A stretch of 63,704 bases of DNA, filler included, from Octopus bimaculoides (lineage: Eukaryota), in assembly GCF_001194135.2 (NCBI RefSeq). It is 6 parts of 5 records of this genome, joined end to end, with 100 filler letters (N's around TTAATTAATTAA, not from the genome) between each part and the next. Parts side by side here need not be neighbours in the genome. Positions count along the whole stretch, not along the records: positions 60,533 to 62,516 come from NC_068997.1; positions 62,617 to 63,704 come from NC_069002.1; 4 more parts are not named here. One strand, given 5' to 3'. Position numbers and translations under genes: made by a program. Under the pieces are notes generated by a model. That model was not told the DNA's origin, made no database searches, and was given only the letters and a program-made list of their open reading frames with translations. How positions within the stretch are numbered: position 1 is the stretch's first letter; each line of letters opens with the position of its first letter. This document shows positions 60,533-63,704 of this stretch, piece by piece.

Positions 60533-62466
60533 TATATATATAGGTGTTATATTCATTTATGTTTTCAGAGTGTCATTTTACATATCCAGACATATAAATA
60601 TACACTTGATTCTAAGCCTGCTTTTTATAAATGTAAATGTGTGTGTGATTACACACATACACATGCACACACTTATTGACATACGTACATACATATATTC
60701 ATATACACATGCACGGACGTGGGCATTTACACATACACACATATATGATGGTACGATTGTGTGTTCGGATTTAATGGCTTTGCTATCTAATGTCCTTCCG
60801 TTCACATAAATCAAAGGCGTTGTGTACAACATATAAATCTTATGACACTCATTCGAAGGTTTTTCATACACAAGAGAATGGCTTCAACACAGACACATAT
60901 CTAGTGTCAATATTAATATACATGTATATATNNNNNNNNNNNNNNNNNNNNNNNNNNNNNNNNNNNNNNNNNNNNNNNNNNNNNNNNNNNNNNNNNNNNN
61001 NNNNNNNNNNNNNNNNNNNNNNNNNNNNNNNNNNNNNNNNNNNNNNNNNNNNNNNNNNNNNNNNNNNNNNNNNNNNNNNNNNNNNNNNNNNNNNNNNNNN
61101 NNNNNNNNNNNNNNNNNNNNNNNNNNNNNNNNNNNNNNNNNNNNNNNNNNNNNNNNNNNNNNNNNNNNNNNNNNNNNNNNNNNNNNNNNNNNNNNNNNNN
61201 NNNNNNNNNNNNNNNNNNNNNNNNNNNNNNNNNNNNNNNNNNNNNNNNNNNNNNNNNNNNNNNNNNNNNNNNNNNNNNNNNNNNNNNNNNNNNNNNNNNN
61301 NNNNNNNNNNNNNNNNNNNNNNNNNNNNNNNNNNNNNNNNNNNNNNNNNNACGAAGTATAAGTTATAGGTATGTGTGTGTTTGTTGTATGTAGAAACGAT
61401 TTCACACGTTGAATAAGGTCTTGTTTTATGCACGCATGTCCTGAAATGCAGAGAACCTCATTCTCCAACCCTCCACACTCATACATCAATACATACAAAA
61501 TATACATACGTGCATATAGGTACATATATTTAATATATTTAAATACACGTATATATGTTTATATAGATGCATACATGTACGTGTGGGTGTCTGTGTGTAT
61601 GTATATATATATACATACAGACACATGTAGGTAGACATATATTCTTACATACCGCACATTTGCACTGAATGTATATGGATATACATACGTAAATGAAGTT
61701 AAGAGAGATAAAGAAATAATTCAAAGAGGTTTTAGTAAGTGTTCACTGATGGCGGACGGGAGGGAATCTATGCTGTGTTCTACAGCTCACCATCGATAGC
61801 AGTACTCACTTAGAAGCACACCATCGTTAAACTTACATAATTGTTATTGTTGTTGTTATTATTATTATCATCGTTATTTTTATTTTTATTATTATTAGTT
61901 TTAGCATTGTTTTTAGTTTTGTTATAATTATTATCGTTGTTATTGTCACCGTCATAATTATCAGATTTATAATTTAAATTATAATTTGAATTATTTTTTT
62001 CTCATTTTCATTACTATCACTGAATATTTTCTATATTTTTATATTATTAATATTAATTTTGACCATTTTTATGTTGATTAGTATTACAATTATGCTAATA
62101 TTATTATTAATGTGCTGTTTCAGAATTTCTTATTTTCCTTAATTAATTAGTATGATTATTTCATCTTTATAATTGTTGCATTCAACATTCTAGTTAACGA
62201 GCTAACAGTTATATCTTTTTGTTATTGTTAATATAAATAATATTAATTCAATAAGACCATTCTCGGGACGTATTCCAATGAATTCTACAAAACTGAGGTA
62301 AGAGTTTTAAAAAATGATATTTCTAAATTTCTTTATTTATATACATGAAAAGCACACTGACGTACACACACACTTATTTACACAGATGTACACGCAAACA
62401 TTAACAAATATACATATGTATGTATGGATATATATATATATATATATATGTGTGCAGGTGTGAATG

Positions 62467-62516
<50 letters not shown>

Positions 62517-62616
62517 NNNNNNNNNNNNNNNNNNNNNNNNNNNNNNNNNNNNNNNNNNNNTTAATTAATTAANNNNNNNNNNNNNNNNNNNNNNNNNNNN
62601 NNNNNNNNNNNNNNNN
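62517..62616. other. Artificial assembly linker N44-TTAATTAATTAA-N44
   Basis: As at 24531. Confidence 0.9.
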
Positions 62617-62913
62617 CAAACATACACACATACATACATGCACACGTACATACATACATACATGCATACATGCACACGTACATACACACATACATACATA
62701 CATACATACATGCATACATGCACACGTACATACACACATACATACATACATACATACATACATACATACACACACACACATACATACATACATACATATA
62801 ATACATACATACATACATAATACATACATACATGCACACGTACATACATACATACATACATGCATACATACATACATACATACATACACACACACATACA
62901 TACATACATACAT
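62617..62913 (+). repeat. Degenerate (CATA)n array with recurring CATGCACACGTA units
   Basis: Tetranucleotide repeat with higher-order variant units. Confidence 0.9.
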
Positions 62914-63507
62914 AGACAGTAGATAGCTTCAGAGAGAAGGAAGGGGAAGATCTTACACATGTCTTAAATTCTTGACTATTGATATCATTATTGCCAGATT
63001 AGACCTGATTGAGGTAAGCCTATGATCAGAGACATTCCAACCATAACCATCTCATCTTATTTTCCTATGAGCAACACACATCCACTGCATTCTCATTGAA
63101 GATGATAGGGTATAGGATAACAAGGGTGATTTGGTTACTATTTTTAGCACTAGAAACTGCCTTACTGGTTCAGTTTCCAATTTGCGGGTACAAGACTTCA
63201 AATATGTAAGATAGTGGCATGAGATTTGGTGGCATTAATGCCCTTTTCAAGGACATTAATGATGAGACAGAACTGATATGCCTACATTCAGGTCACAGCT
63301 TTGCTCTTTTGAAAACAAGGAAAGACAAAGATCTAATTGGTTATAGAATATCTCATTGTCTTTCTGTCCTTTTTAAAAGTGTTTTTGATGCTAATCTGTC
63401 CAAGATCGGTCTCGGTTCCTATGATACAAAGTTCCTTATTTTAAGTGATCTAAATTAAAACCATGTTGCCAGAGCAGATGTCTGGCTTCTGTGCTGGTGG
63501 CATGTAA

Positions 63508-63704
63508 AGAGCACCAGCGTGATCGTTACCAATGTTGCCTTCCTGACACTTTTGCCAGAGCACCAGCGTGATCGTTACCAATGTTGCCTTCCTGACACTT
63601 TTGCCAGAGCACCATCGTGATCGTTACCAATGTTGCCTTCCTGACACTTTTGCCAGAGCACCAGCGTGATCGTTACCAATGTTGCCTTCCTGACACTTTT
63701 GCCA
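63508..63704 (+). repeat. 49-bp tandem repeat, 4 copies to the window edge
   Basis: Unit AGAGCACCAGCGTGATCGTTACCAATGTTGCCTTCCTGACACTTTTGCC starts at 63508, 63557, 63606 and 63655. Confidence 0.97.

Noticed and set aside
61735-61815. VFTDGG.. as an RNase H-like motif
   Set aside because: Only a five-residue match, with an in-frame stop soon after.
63508-63704. CRISPR-like regular repeat
   Set aside because: Units are head-to-tail with no unique spacers, in a eukaryotic context with no cas genes.

Overview
AT-rich, microsatellite-dense, gap-ridden eukaryotic (metazoan) DNA. The SINE families and repeat load suggest an octopus or other cephalopod genome; this is an inference. I found no host protein-coding gene I can support. 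All recognisable coding sequence is decayed transposon: two RTE LINEs, several Penelope-like element (PLE) pieces (RT, GIY-YIG, pseudo-LTRs), a Tx1/L1 3' end, two CR1-group 3' ends, two R4/Dong-type RLE ends, a pogo/Tc2 element, and mariner, hAT and Merlin/hAT-like MITEs, plus many tRNA-derived SINEs. The main signal is RNA structure. About 12 type-I hammerhead ribozyme (HHR) motifs, intact or 1-2 mutations from intact, lie in the first 29 kb, and I saw none after that. One HHR sits in the loop of a ~370-bp fold-back. Two others are followed by an inverted copy of their own 3' half. Two divergent HHRs share a multi-hairpin 3' module ending in ACTTTAT. One PLE family carries a tRNA-like Pol III head just upstream of its HHR. 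Five N44-TTAATTAATTAA-N44 linkers show the window is a concatenation of six assembly pieces, so adjacency across them is not reliable. Element boundaries are by eye and approximate unless defined by TIR/TSD or ribozyme stems.
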